From a virus (taxonomy: Duplodnaviria > Caudoviricetes): a stretch of DNA of 64,000 nucleotides. Each line of letters starts with the position of its first letter. Position 1 is the stretch's first letter. The position numbers and the translations under genes were made by a program. Of this stretch, positions 1-9,472 are shown piece by piece. Where the stretch lies: positions 38,743 to 102,742 of IMG/VR virus record IMGVR_UViG_3300032038_000035. The stretch is one strand, 5' to 3'. The notes under the pieces were generated by a model that searched no databases, had not been told where the DNA came from, and saw nothing but the letters and a program-made list of their open reading frames with translations.

Positions 1-1
1 A

Positions 2-358
2 CCCGATGAAGGTAAAGAAGCTTCTAATGATATAAGATTGGAAAAAGGTTTATGCTTTGCAATCATATATCTAAAAGAATTAAATGAAATTACTCTTATG
101 GGTAAAGCTAGGACTGCATTACCTATCAAAAGTGGTAATGACTTGGCAGTATTTATTCGTAATTCAGATTGGGTTATGGAAAAGAGAGGTCAATATAAAT
201 CTGAAGAAGATTTCAAAAAGTTATTGCAGAAATTCTCTCCTGTAAAGATATCCAATGCTCAGACTAAAAGAGCAGGAATGTCGACATCTAAAACTATAAC
301 TACTACTAAGACTACTTCTAGTAGAACCAGATCTGTTGCAAAGACAAAAAAAATATAA
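2..358 (+). CDS. hypothetical protein, 5'-truncated by window, basic Thr/Lys-rich C-terminus
   Basis: Frame is open from position 2 to the TAA ending at 358. Confidence 0.7.
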   Translation, partial: PDEGKEASNDIRLEKGLCFAIIYLKELNEITLMGKARTALPIKSGNDLAVFIRNSDWVMEKRGQYKSEEDFKKLLQKFSPVKISNAQTKRAGMSTSKTITTTKTTSSRTRSVAKTKKI

Positions 359-402
359 GCATCGCCAATTATGCTTATATTCCGGTGTGGTGTAACCTAT
401 AA

Positions 403-756
403 TCAGGTTGCACCGCACCATTTGCAGGCATATCCCCCGCGAATCTGTCTCCCGCCACAGCAGGGACAGGTTTCCGTGGTGAATATTATCTGCGGATAAT
501 ATTCACCACTGTCGCGATCGAAATGCATCACAGTGAGACCAATGTCTCGCTGCTGGCAAATCGTCACGACCGCAAGGAGAGCAACCGTCAGCCCTGTGGC
601 GTACAGGGTTAACTGGTCACAATCCTCGGGGAGCTCGCTGCGGACATGCTCAGTGAGCGCATCCACATCGAGGGGATTTACCTGAGTATCGAACAGAAAG
701 TCCGACACATCAGGTATGTCGTGCCTGCCACGACATAATCCATATGTGTATTTCAT
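403..756 (-). CDS. early small protein, Rossmann-like (possibly CARF/SAVED-like) domain plus C-terminal Zn ribbon
   Basis: AGGAGGTG RBS; own early promoter; GRH and LYATGLTVAL...MHFDRDSGEYY motifs; CPCC/CKWC; visibly higher GC than flanks. Confidence 0.6.
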   Translation of the reverse strand: MKYTYGLCRGRHDIPDVSDFLFDTQVNPLDVDALTEHVRSELPEDCDQLTLYATGLTVALLAVVTICQQRDIGLTVMHFDRDSGEYYPQIIFTTETCPCCGGRQIRGGYACKWCGAT

Positions 757-806
757 TATATCACCTCCTTATGATAAACAACACACATTTTGTTGATTGG
801 CACTAT

Positions 807-839
807 TAGAATATACATATCATTATAAAATAAATACGG
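807..839 (-). promoter_or_regulatory. putative early promoter CCGTA-N19-TATATTCTA
   Basis: Same bipartite motif with the same 19-nt spacer occurs at 5 sites upstream of minus-strand early units. Confidence 0.75.
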
Positions 840-852
840 ATAACAATATGAT

Positions 853-955
853 AGTAATTCATTATACAAATCCTTATACGGACCTAAAGTTTTATACCTC
901 CAAGTTGAAACTGGTAGAAAATTATTCCATGGGTATTCCCCATGGAATAATTTTC
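853..955 (+). ncRNA. candidate late sRNA with anti-SD motif TTTTATACCTCC
   Basis: AACA-ATATGA-TA at 842-853; no ORF; strong terminator hairpin 917-955. Confidence 0.4.
917..955. terminator. bidirectional intrinsic terminator
   Basis: GAAAATTATTCCATGGG / CCCATGGAATAATTTTC inverted repeat. Confidence 0.85.
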
Positions 956-988
956 CGCTTATTTATATAAAACGTATAACAAGTGCAT

Positions 989-1100
989 AACTGACATTCA
1001 AAGTCAGCTCCTATTATTAACCTCTTTTTATTAAACGGAAACTTTCATTTTCACGGGAAAATAGCTCTATAGGTCCCCCTACCCTATAGAGTTATTTTTC
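989..1100 (+). ncRNA. candidate late sRNA with 5' hairpin and CU-rich tract
   Basis: AACA-AGTGCA-TA at 978-989; CTGAC/GTCAG hairpin; CTCCT and ACCTCTTTT tracts; terminator about 1059-1100. Confidence 0.35.
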
Positions 1101-1101
1101 G

Positions 1102-2403
1102 TCATGGCTTTATTGGATATCCTGTATATGATTTGCCATCGAGATTTTGTTGATCTGTTATGGTAATATCATTTACTGCAAATGAATTGTAATATGCAAG
1201 ATTCAGATATATTATAAATCTATATGTCTTATATGGATCTGAATTCTTTATAGTCATTTCATACTTAGACCAATTTATAGAGAAGTCAGATTCATATTGA
1301 CCATCTATATCATTCATAATAAGTCTAGGTATTAACAATAGTTGCATATCATTACCATTGGCAATGATATCATCCATCACGCGTTTTAAATCTGGCTGTA
1401 TACACTCAGTTATACTAAATGTATCATCTTTACCTTCATTTTGTTTTTCTGTCTTTATTATATTAGAGCTATATAGAGTATAACCTTTCTCTATATATGG
1501 ATGATCTTGGAATGTTCTCTCAAATGTATAGAGAGGTATATATGCACTATGATCCGATTCATGGAGACATAACTTAAACTTCTTATGAAGAACTCGTCTA
1601 GTCCAAGCGTAATAAGATGCGATTGCATTAAATTCACATTCTATTTTAAATGTAACATTCGTAGGGTCTTCTACCATATTTTTTCTATTCATCTCTTCAC
1701 ATTGAAGATCCGTGAATGTTGAAATAATATTCTGCGGATAAAATAAAAAGTACTCATCACTACTAGTAGAATTTCTCATCTTATATGATATAGGATAAGA
1801 TGCATGTTTTCTAAGGTAATGAGTCAATACAGGAATATTATTCTTATCATCTAAATTAATACCAACTATTTCGCATACATGATATAATAATGCTTTGGGT
1901 ATTAAAGATTCCAAAGATGTTGGTATATAGATAGATCTATTAAACACAAATGTATTATTGAGATAATTATATAAATCTAATGCTGAATAATATGTATTAC
2001 ACTGAATCGCTATATCAAAATTTACTTTATATCTATTTATTTTGAATGCCAGTCCAATGCCAAAATCATTATCGGAAAAGAAATTCTGTTTAGCAAGACC
2101 AGAACCACCTGCTACACCCTGATGCCATACTATCTGAGTGCCTGATAAAAAATCATTGGATGTTGCGTTATCATAATTCTCTACAGTGGGTCTTATTATC
2201 ATAAACGGTCTTTGCTTAGCTTCAAATTCTTTATGTGTATGTAAATAACGTCTAAAGTATCTAAATGACGTTTTTGTACTTATGCTTCTATCTGCAAGAA
2301 AACCTTTTGGCATATTATGCTCCAGATACATCTGTACTGCATTAATAACATTGCCATACATTTGTGATATAGAGGTAGCTGCAACGAAGAAAATTTTATC
2401 CAT
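1102..2403 (-). CDS. putative virion structural protein (tail completion-like)
   Basis: 433 aa; GGAGG RBS; late-type GACA-AATCGT-TA upstream; jumbo phage structural context. Confidence 0.5.
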   Translation of the reverse strand: MDKIFFVAATSISQMYGNVINAVQMYLEHNMPKGFLADRSISTKTSFRYFRRYLHTHKEFEAKQRPFMIIRPTVENYDNATSNDFLSGTQIVWHQGVAGGSGLAKQNFFSDNDFGIGLAFKINRYKVNFDIAIQCNTYYSALDLYNYLNNTFVFNRSIYIPTSLESLIPKALLYHVCEIVGINLDDKNNIPVLTHYLRKHASYPISYKMRNSTSSDEYFLFYPQNIISTFTDLQCEEMNRKNMVEDPTNVTFKIECEFNAIASYYAWTRRVLHKKFKLCLHESDHSAYIPLYTFERTFQDHPYIEKGYTLYSSNIIKTEKQNEGKDDTFSITECIQPDLKRVMDDIIANGNDMQLLLIPRLIMNDIDGQYESDFSINWSKYEMTIKNSDPYKTYRFIIYLNLAYYNSFAVNDITITDQQNLDGKSYTGYPIKP

Positions 2404-2452
2404 TTCATTAACACCTCCTAGAATTAACGATTTGTCCTAGTGCATATCGTGA

Positions 2453-2464
2453 GAACATTATATT
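2453..2464 (+). promoter_or_regulatory. late-type promoter AACA-N6-TA
   Basis: AACA-TTATAT-TA matches the AR9 nvRNAP consensus. Confidence 0.6.
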
Positions 2465-2483
2465 AAACTCTTCATATCTGGGG

Positions 2484-2951
2484 GTGTTTAAATTGAAGCC
2501 GATATCTAATGACATCTATAATTTATTAGACTTTTTATTTAAGTTTGCCTTAGTGTATATTCCTTGTGTAATGGGTGCTATTTGTGGCATCTATTTTAAA
2601 ACCGAGTATTTACATAAGAATGAAAGGTCTAGAAAGCGTAGGCATGTATTATCCGATTTCGGATTATCATTATCTTCGTCTATAGTTCCGTCTTTAGTAA
2701 TACTCATAGCTGAATACTTATTACCAGAGCATACTCAAACTAATCACATCTTAAAATATGGTATCGCTATGTTATTTGGCTTTATTGGCTCTGATAGAAT
2801 AACTGAATATCTTATGAATATGACAAACTTATTTAAAGTCTTAAAAGCAATTTCAGAAGGAATGAGTGGACTATCAAAATTATCAGGTGAGGCAGAAACA
2901 TTGAATAGTATGAAATCTCTAACGGATGACACAAAAAAGAAGAATGAGTAG
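2484..2951 (+). CDS. putative holin-like membrane protein
   Basis: Three hydrophobic segments, charged C-terminus, late promoter. Confidence 0.5.
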   Translation: MFKLKPISNDIYNLLDFLFKFALVYIPCVMGAICGIYFKTEYLHKNERSRKRRHVLSDFGLSLSSSIVPSLVILIAEYLLPEHTQTNHILKYGIAMLFGFIGSDRITEYLMNMTNLFKVLKAISEGMSGLSKLSGEAETLNSMKSLTDDTKKKNE

Positions 2952-2979
2952 AGATGATTTATTCTCATCTCTACTCATT

Positions 2980-3348
2980 TTAAAGTACTTTTGAATTTAA
3001 ATAGACCATAATCTCTCTAGATATCATACTATAGAAACTATCTTTATTAAGATAGACAGTAACATGATTTACTAAGTCATCTGATAAAGATCCTAACACA
3101 TTTCTAAAAATGTCTTTATAGTAGTTATCGTAAGATGCCTTGTCTATTATCTTACCACCATTATCAAATATATTACGTTCATATAGAGAAATTTCATTAT
3201 TGATAATAATGTTAATTATCTCAAATAGTTCTTCAAATGTTAATTCGTCTAATTTACTTTTTTGTGGTTTATTAAGTATATTTGGTAATAGTGATGCAAT
3301 TAATAATAGTAATATGCATAATAAGCATATGAAGATTGCTACTAACAT
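2980..3348 (-). CDS. membrane-anchored hypothetical protein
   Basis: N-terminal TM helix, AAGGTGA RBS. Confidence 0.6.
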   Translation of the reverse strand: MLVAIFICLLCILLLLIASLLPNILNKPQKSKLDELTFEELFEIINIIINNEISLYERNIFDNGGKIIDKASYDNYYKDIFRNVLGSLSDDLVNHVTVYLNKDSFYSMISREIMVYLNSKVL

Positions 3349-3484
3349 TTAAATCACCTTCCTAGTTATTTTAATGTGATAGAGCGCAAAAAAATAAGCA
3401 GTGCCCGTGCAAAGGCACTGCTTATTTTGATGTAAGAAAGGAGAATTATTGATGATTACAATATAGTTCAAGCGAATTATATTT

Positions 3485-4066
3485 TTACTCTTCTTTGTTA
3501 GCTACCTTTTCATCATCTGATTTGTTTCCGCCATCCATTATTCTATGGTGATCAACTTCGTCATTGTACTCAGGTATTTGCTTATTTACATCAAAGTCGA
3601 AATCATATACCTTAAAGCCGCCACTGTGTCCTATAAATTCTTCATCATCGTCATATATTTCTTCATAATGTCTGGTGTCATCAAGTTTGATTTCGCCATT
3701 CACTATTATATAGTGCTCCGCGAAACCCATGCCGTCTTCTTCAGTATACAGCTCGATAGAGATATCATCTTTAATCTCTAATAATGAGGGCAATGTTTTA
3801 CGCTCATCGATTATTTCCTTGAGTAGTGCATCTATGTCTTCACCAAAAAGTTCATCAAATGGCGCATACTTGTCAAGATTCCATGCAGAAGTTGCTGACC
3901 ATTTACACCAACCGTGCGCATATACATCTCTCATTTTACCATCTTCAGAAAGTTTCTCATCGTGCACTTCGTATTCAGGTGAATGACTCTTGATGAACTC
4001 CATAGCTTTATTAACGGTTTCGGTTTTACCATATGCACGTAAATCATAATAACAACAGTTAGCCAT
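3485..4066 (-). CDS. hypothetical protein, YubB/DUF1281-like ferredoxin-fold
   Basis: MANCC start after GGGAGG; W-S and ELYTEEDGMGF motifs. Confidence 0.45.
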   Translation of the reverse strand: MANCCYYDLRAYGKTETVNKAMEFIKSHSPEYEVHDEKLSEDGKMRDVYAHGWCKWSATSAWNLDKYAPFDELFGEDIDALLKEIIDERKTLPSLLEIKDDISIELYTEEDGMGFAEHYIIVNGEIKLDDTRHYEEIYDDDEEFIGHSGGFKVYDFDFDVNKQIPEYNDEVDHHRIMDGGNKSDDEKVANKEE

Positions 4067-4083
4067 ATCGATTCCTCCCAAAA

Positions 4084-4551
4084 TTAATCGTATAGTTCGT
4101 CATCCTGAGATTGCTCATATGCATTATACATATATCTGCAATAGAATAACTTAAACTGCTCATCGGGAATATAATCCACAATAGTAGCAGCCATGAAATC
4201 TGTTATAGCATCATTAACTTTATTTAGTTTATCTTCGGTTTCTATATCAGATTCATTAATCGCCATTATTATATAATTTCTAGAAGATGCATCAACTTCT
4301 AGATTATTACCGATCATAAAAATTAATCCGGATAATGGTGATAATAATTCGGATCTACAAATAATTGCGTAGACCTTATATGAATTCTTTATTTCATACC
4401 GTTCCCTACAGTTTGCAGGTAATAATGTATTGAAATTTCTAAATATATCGCAAATGGTTATGTTTGCGGTATCCAAATCGATCTGGATTATCTCCACGTC
4501 TTTTGGAGGCGGAGATAATAGACCTTTTATAAAAGCTTTCTTGTCGTACAT
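4084..4551 (-). CDS. hypothetical protein
   Basis: 155-aa ORF with AAGGAG RBS, within an operon. Confidence 0.7.
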   Translation of the reverse strand: MYDKKAFIKGLLSPPPKDVEIIQIDLDTANITICDIFRNFNTLLPANCRERYEIKNSYKVYAIICRSELLSPLSGLIFMIGNNLEVDASSRNYIIMAINESDIETEDKLNKVNDAITDFMAATIVDYIPDEQFKLFYCRYMYNAYEQSQDDELYD

Positions 4552-4564
4552 AGATGATGCTCCT

Positions 4565-5302
4565 TTATAACAATAATCTTATTAATGGTAAGATTATATT
4601 AATATAGTTATATGAAATATCGCATGATGAATCTAATATCTCATACGAGATATCATCCATCATGACCATTATGCCATCAATGCAACATTTATACTGAGAC
4701 CTAGAGTTAAATTCTCTATACGCCTCTATTGATAACTTTTTGTTTTTATATAACTTTACCAATTCAGAAAGATATTCGTTTGGATCACCATTCTGCTCTA
4801 AATTGTCTACCAATGATTGTATCATTAGTAATATACCATCTTTATGTTGTCTATAGCTATCACCAATACCTTTTACATCTATATAGTCTGAAGCTATATA
4901 GAATTCTAGTTTATTGATATTGATAAATGCATGATAAACATTTTTTGGTATAAATTCAACTGGTCCGAATTTAGTCTGTGTAACTTTATGATTTATTACA
5001 TAGACTGCGTCTTTCTTTATCGATAAAACATCCATTAGAATATCTAGATCATTTGCTTCTAGGAATTCTTTTACGATTTTATTAAAAGATTCCTCTAGGC
5101 TCTTAGATAAATTCGGATTCTTCCTAAGAAGTAATCCGAATTTAACTTCACGATCTTTCTTTGGCAATGCGTCTAATGTATCGAGATACTCAAAATCTTT
5201 ATATAGATTGTAGTATTTCGATACATTAATATTCGCATGCTTTATATCATATTCTATAATTGATGAATTATATGACAATTGTCTATCATTTAAGTAATTC
5301 AT
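4565..5302 (-). CDS. small family-B DNA polymerase palm-like protein
   Basis: Motif A-like EYDIKHAN; motif C-like SIKKDAV; downstream VKGI. Confidence 0.5.
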   Translation of the reverse strand: MNYLNDRQLSYNSSIIEYDIKHANINVSKYYNLYKDFEYLDTLDALPKKDREVKFGLLLRKNPNLSKSLEESFNKIVKEFLEANDLDILMDVLSIKKDAVYVINHKVTQTKFGPVEFIPKNVYHAFININKLEFYIASDYIDVKGIGDSYRQHKDGILLMIQSLVDNLEQNGDPNEYLSELVKLYKNKKLSIEAYREFNSRSQYKCCIDGIMVMMDDISYEILDSSCDISYNYINIILPLIRLLL

Positions 5303-6036
5303 TCTTGTGCCTTACTACTATACTTCTTGACAAACTTTGCCATTGCCTTCAGTTGCTTCTTGGTATATTTCGCATATCTAATAAAGAGCTCTCTTATCTC
5401 TTTATTAGAAGTCGAATCCTCAAGAATCTCAGCAATATTCTTATTGTCAAGATATATGTCATATTCATCGTCTTCCAAATCCATATATGAATCATAGAAT
5501 GGATTTTTCTTTTCGTCGTTCCATTTGTCAACATCGAACTCATCGAGTTCTTTCTTAACCTGAGCTTCCAATGTGTTCTTCATATTTTCTGCACTATTCC
5601 AAGTGTAGAAAATCTTGTTGTCAAATATAGGATTCTCAAAGAAGTCATTTATTGTCGAGCTATACTTGTCGATATACCTCTCATATGCGAGATCCTCGAG
5701 AATGATGTATATATTGTCATCCGGGTGTTTGATCTGATATGCAGTTATCATAACTGTGAGATCGACAAAGTCAACACTCGCAAATGTCTGTGTGACTAGT
5801 TCGTTCCTACGTCTTATAGGAACATTCTCGTCAAATACTCTGTCATTGAGTTGATATGCCAGAGACTTTATACTGGACATCCTAAGGCCATCCTCATCTC
5901 TGACATGCTCTGCCATTACATTAGGCAAATCCCTTACTTTCGGTAAGGTGGTTGCGTTAACTATTACGAAGTTCCTAAATGGGAAGATCTTCTTCCTCTT
6001 CTTATAGAACTTTGTTACGGGTATCATGATAATCAT
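5299..6036 (-). CDS. hypothetical protein
   Basis: 245-aa ORF overlapping neighbours by 4 nt. Confidence 0.7.
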   Translation of the reverse strand: MIIMIPVTKFYKKRKKIFPFRNFVIVNATTLPKVRDLPNVMAEHVRDEDGLRMSSIKSLAYQLNDRVFDENVPIRRRNELVTQTFASVDFVDLTVMITAYQIKHPDDNIYIILEDLAYERYIDKYSSTINDFFENPIFDNKIFYTWNSAENMKNTLEAQVKKELDEFDVDKWNDEKKNPFYDSYMDLEDDEYDIYLDNKNIAEILEDSTSNKEIRELFIRYAKYTKKQLKAMAKFVKKYSSKAQE

Positions 6037-6329
6037 TCTTGGTTCCTCCTTGTAAAAAATGGACGTTGTTTATACCATTCAATGAATTCCTCACGAGTTT
6101 TAGGTTTAGCCTGAAGATCTTCCTCCAGTTCCTCCAGTTCCTCGTCAGTGTATGCTCGTAAACGCGATTCATCAGAATCTTGCTTTAGCATAGACTTTAG
6201 CATAGACCTAGTCCTGATAAGGCTGTATAGTGCCCTCTCAGCATTTCGTGAATGCTTCCAATAGGTTAAGTAATCCGCGTACGCTCTATCGCACTCTTCC
6301 TCACTTGGTATCTCTCTAATATCTTCCAT
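6033..6329 (-). CDS. hypothetical protein
   Basis: GGAGG RBS, 98 aa. Confidence 0.7.
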   Translation of the reverse strand: MEDIREIPSEEECDRAYADYLTYWKHSRNAERALYSLIRTRSMLKSMLKQDSDESRLRAYTDEELEELEEDLQAKPKTREEFIEWYKQRPFFTRRNQE

Positions 6330-6343
6330 ATCCGTCCTCCATT

Positions 6344-7345
6344 TTATAACTTTAAAGATTGATACGGGTCTTTCTTAACATTGTCATCATCGTCATTGTC
6401 ATTCCAATACGATTCTATATCTGTAACGATATTTACAGAGGATGCATCAAATGATGTTGCATCCTTATAGGAAGATAGAAGTTGCTCAGCTTCTGTCTTT
6501 TCTATCGTTTGGACTTCGCCTGTGTTTACACCTGATACTTTGATATACTTCTCAGTACCATCTGCCTCTAAGAATCTTATTGCTTCTTCATCTTCGGCAT
6601 CATAGTCAAACCTTGACATATTCAAAATCTCTGGTACATTATACTTCATAGAACATGCAGAGTTCTTGCATCGATAATACGTAAAGTCATCAGATGGAAC
6701 TATCTTTCCTCCACATGCACATGTAATCATATCCATATTTCTTATTGGATAGAAATATGCAATATCAATCAATACCAAAGATTCAGAACCGTCACTATTG
6801 GTTCTGATACCCCAATTGCAATAATTCTTAGTTGTTAGTCCTACATCGTCCATGATATAATAGTTTGACAATATGTCAAGAATAGCACGTATCTCATTTC
6901 GATGTGCTACGAAATATGGTTCCGATACTAACTCAACATACTCTCCTACTATTATTTGTCTATTTGTTTCATAGACTTTATAGAAATATTGAGGAAACTC
7001 AATACTTCTTTTATACTCGGAGATATTGTCTATCCATCCTCTTTCGTCAAGAGCTACTTTGAAAACATAATTGTGTTTTCTAAATGCGATTCGATTTGTA
7101 CCGCAGCCTATCTCAACAAAACCCAAATCAAACATTATCTTTTTTATCATGTCTGCTTTTAGATTGCAGTCAGTTATAGAGAAATCTGATGTGATTTTAT
7201 ATAAGGCGGCTTTCGCTTCAGCAGGAATATCTCGCTCTATCCTCGAGAATATTTTTGGTTGTTTCTCTCCATTCATTTTGGATAAGAGCTGATTAATATA
7301 CTTGGGATTTACTATTTGTAATCCCCTGTGTTTCTTCTTTCCCAT
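6344..7345 (-). CDS. protein kinase-like protein with Zn ribbon
   Basis: IGCGTNR glycine loop; VFKVA lysine; helix-C E; DD..N and IDIAY motifs; CAC...CKNSAC. Confidence 0.7.
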   Translation of the reverse strand: MGKKKHRGLQIVNPKYINQLLSKMNGEKQPKIFSRIERDIPAEAKAALYKITSDFSITDCNLKADMIKKIMFDLGFVEIGCGTNRIAFRKHNYVFKVALDERGWIDNISEYKRSIEFPQYFYKVYETNRQIIVGEYVELVSEPYFVAHRNEIRAILDILSNYYIMDDVGLTTKNYCNWGIRTNSDGSESLVLIDIAYFYPIRNMDMITCACGGKIVPSDDFTYYRCKNSACSMKYNVPEILNMSRFDYDAEDEEAIRFLEADGTEKYIKVSGVNTGEVQTIEKTEAEQLLSSYKDATSFDASSVNIVTDIESYWNDNDDDDNVKKDPYQSLKL

Positions 7346-7346
7346 A

Positions 7347-8396
7347 TCAATCGTCTCCTATTCCTAGCATCCTCGAAACTCTGCTTTTAGACGTTAGCAT
7401 TGTTTGCAACGCTCTATCGGCATTAGCTCTATGCTTTGCATAGGTATCCTCATAGCGTTTCTTTTCTTTGTCTCTTTGCTTCATAAGCTTCTCGGATTTC
7501 TTAACGAGTTTGCGCATATGCTTATAATCATATACGTTCTCTGCACCCAAGTACGCAGTAAGTCTTCTCTTCTCTGCATCAGACAACGTTTTACGACGTG
7601 CTTCAGGTATCGGGTTCATACCTGAATTGAGCATTATCTTCTTTACCAATATATCTATTGGTATTTTCTGACTATCCGTCAAGATATATTTAGGTGTATT
7701 TACTACACCATTACTTGCTATAGCACTTATCTCGGCATCTGTCAGTAGCTCATCTTGTTCTTTATGACGTTTATCATATAATGCCAAATGCTCTTCACAT
7801 GACAAACGACCAACGTTATTCTGTTCGTTTTCACTCTCGGATGCATAATTGCCATCTCTGATTTGAGATATTATATCTGTATCAAATACCACTGTACTTG
7901 CTACATGATTCCTCTTGGCTATAACAGATCTTAATGCTCTCTTCAGAGATCTTGTTACGTAAGGAATTTCTTCACCTGCAGGATTGCCGTCTTCTCCGAA
8001 ACGACCTTTATCCCACTCGATCTGTTCATCAGGAGTTATTGGATCATAATATCTACCAACTCCATAGAACGTTCCTTGCATATATTTTTCTCTAAGCTTT
8101 CCTTTAAGCTTAGGCGGTTTGATAATTCCTATAGGAATTGTGTCAAACTCGTCGATTATGAAATCTATGGCTTTCTCTCCGCCATAATAATTAATAATCT
8201 TGGGCTCATACTTATTGTACAAGTCTAGAGCATCTTCATAATCTGATATGTCTGAATACTTCTTGCCTATAGAAGTTATCGCTTCATATGCCTCAGGCAT
8301 ATCTTCTTGAAGTGACAAATCCCAATAGTTGTCGTCGTCGAATTCGTTAATTAAAACTTGGAAATTCCATGCAGGAATTTCGGTGATTTCGCCCAT
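7347..8396 (-). CDS. hypothetical protein
   Basis: 349 aa, GGGAGG RBS. Confidence 0.75.
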   Translation of the reverse strand: MGEITEIPAWNFQVLINEFDDDNYWDLSLQEDMPEAYEAITSIGKKYSDISDYEDALDLYNKYEPKIINYYGGEKAIDFIIDEFDTIPIGIIKPPKLKGKLREKYMQGTFYGVGRYYDPITPDEQIEWDKGRFGEDGNPAGEEIPYVTRSLKRALRSVIAKRNHVASTVVFDTDIISQIRDGNYASESENEQNNVGRLSCEEHLALYDKRHKEQDELLTDAEISAIASNGVVNTPKYILTDSQKIPIDILVKKIMLNSGMNPIPEARRKTLSDAEKRRLTAYLGAENVYDYKHMRKLVKKSEKLMKQRDKEKKRYEDTYAKHRANADRALQTMLTSKSRVSRMLGIGDD

Positions 8397-8487
8397 ATCG
8401 ATTACCTCCCATTATAAAAATTAATGTTAGTGTAGACTTTTTGCCTACACTAACATTTGTTATCATCATTATTATATATAAATATTT

Positions 8488-9459
8488 TTATACTGCTGAA
8501 TAGATTCTATACAGATATACGTTTGTAGAAGGTTCTTGTACAGATACATTGTTAAAGTTAACTACAGAGAAGAGTCGTACACCCACATAGTCATAGTATG
8601 TAGAAGTGATCTCTTTCTTTACACCTGTAAAGAGACCAATCTGGTTAAATCTTGCATTTGTAAGATTACCAGCAGCTACAAAGTATTCTCTAAAGTCATC
8701 TTCAGTGATTGTAAGCATGCATTCACCAAAGCATTCAATGAGGTCTGTACGCTGTTTCTGGCTATCAGTAAGAGTTGATCCTGTGATTTCTGTACCATCA
8801 TCAGAAGGATCAAGTGTATCTTGCCATAAGCACTTAATAGGTACTACAGGAGTATTAGATATTTCCTTAAGATACCAAGCATAGCCTCTATTCTGTCCAG
8901 AACTAAGAGCTATAGGCATTCTAAAGAAATAATTTGTAGGTACATTACCAGTCTCATCAGGAGATATTGTAGCACTATTGGAAACTCTGAAAGGTATCCA
9001 TGTGCCACCTGTTGACATTGAAGTACCATTAGCTATAGGATTACCTAACGAATACATCTTGAAGTCAGGATCTGATACAGAACCCCACTCAAGATCTGAA
9101 CCTCCTATACCACAGCCAAACAGAGCAATCCTTGTTTCACTATCTGAATACTGTATAGATGAGTTTATATTAAACTGTGCATTGAGAGTCTGAGGCATAA
9201 ATCCTATATCAGTAGTAGCTGTATCATTGCCATAGAATAATTTCTCAAGTGCAAGTACAGCTCCACCTATTACAACGGTATTTTCATTTACAAATTCAAA
9301 TATAGGTCTGCCATATTTGTCAAGATTCTGATCTATAGACCCTTTATGACAAAACAGCTTGCCTTTAAACAGAGGTATACCATGATTTCTGGCAGCTTTC
9401 TCTTTGCTACCACTAACAACTTCCATCAAAGGAAGACTATCTTTTATAATTTGCGGCAT
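8488..9459 (-). CDS. putative baseplate/tail-associated structural protein
   Basis: Start revised to MPQII after GAGGAGGG; NTVV..G, GIGG and NQIGLF motifs typical of tail collar/baseplate proteins; follows the large baseplate gene. Confidence 0.6.
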   Translation of the reverse strand: MPQIIKDSLPLMEVVSGSKEKAARNHGIPLFKGKLFCHKGSIDQNLDKYGRPIFEFVNENTVVIGGAVLALEKLFYGNDTATTDIGFMPQTLNAQFNINSSIQYSDSETRIALFGCGIGGSDLEWGSVSDPDFKMYSLGNPIANGTSMSTGGTWIPFRVSNSATISPDETGNVPTNYFFRMPIALSSGQNRGYAWYLKEISNTPVVPIKCLWQDTLDPSDDGTEITGSTLTDSQKQRTDLIECFGECMLTITEDDFREYFVAAGNLTNARFNQIGLFTGVKKEITSTYYDYVGVRLFSVVNFNNVSVQEPSTNVYLYRIYSAV

Positions 9460-9472
9460 TTTAATACCCTCC

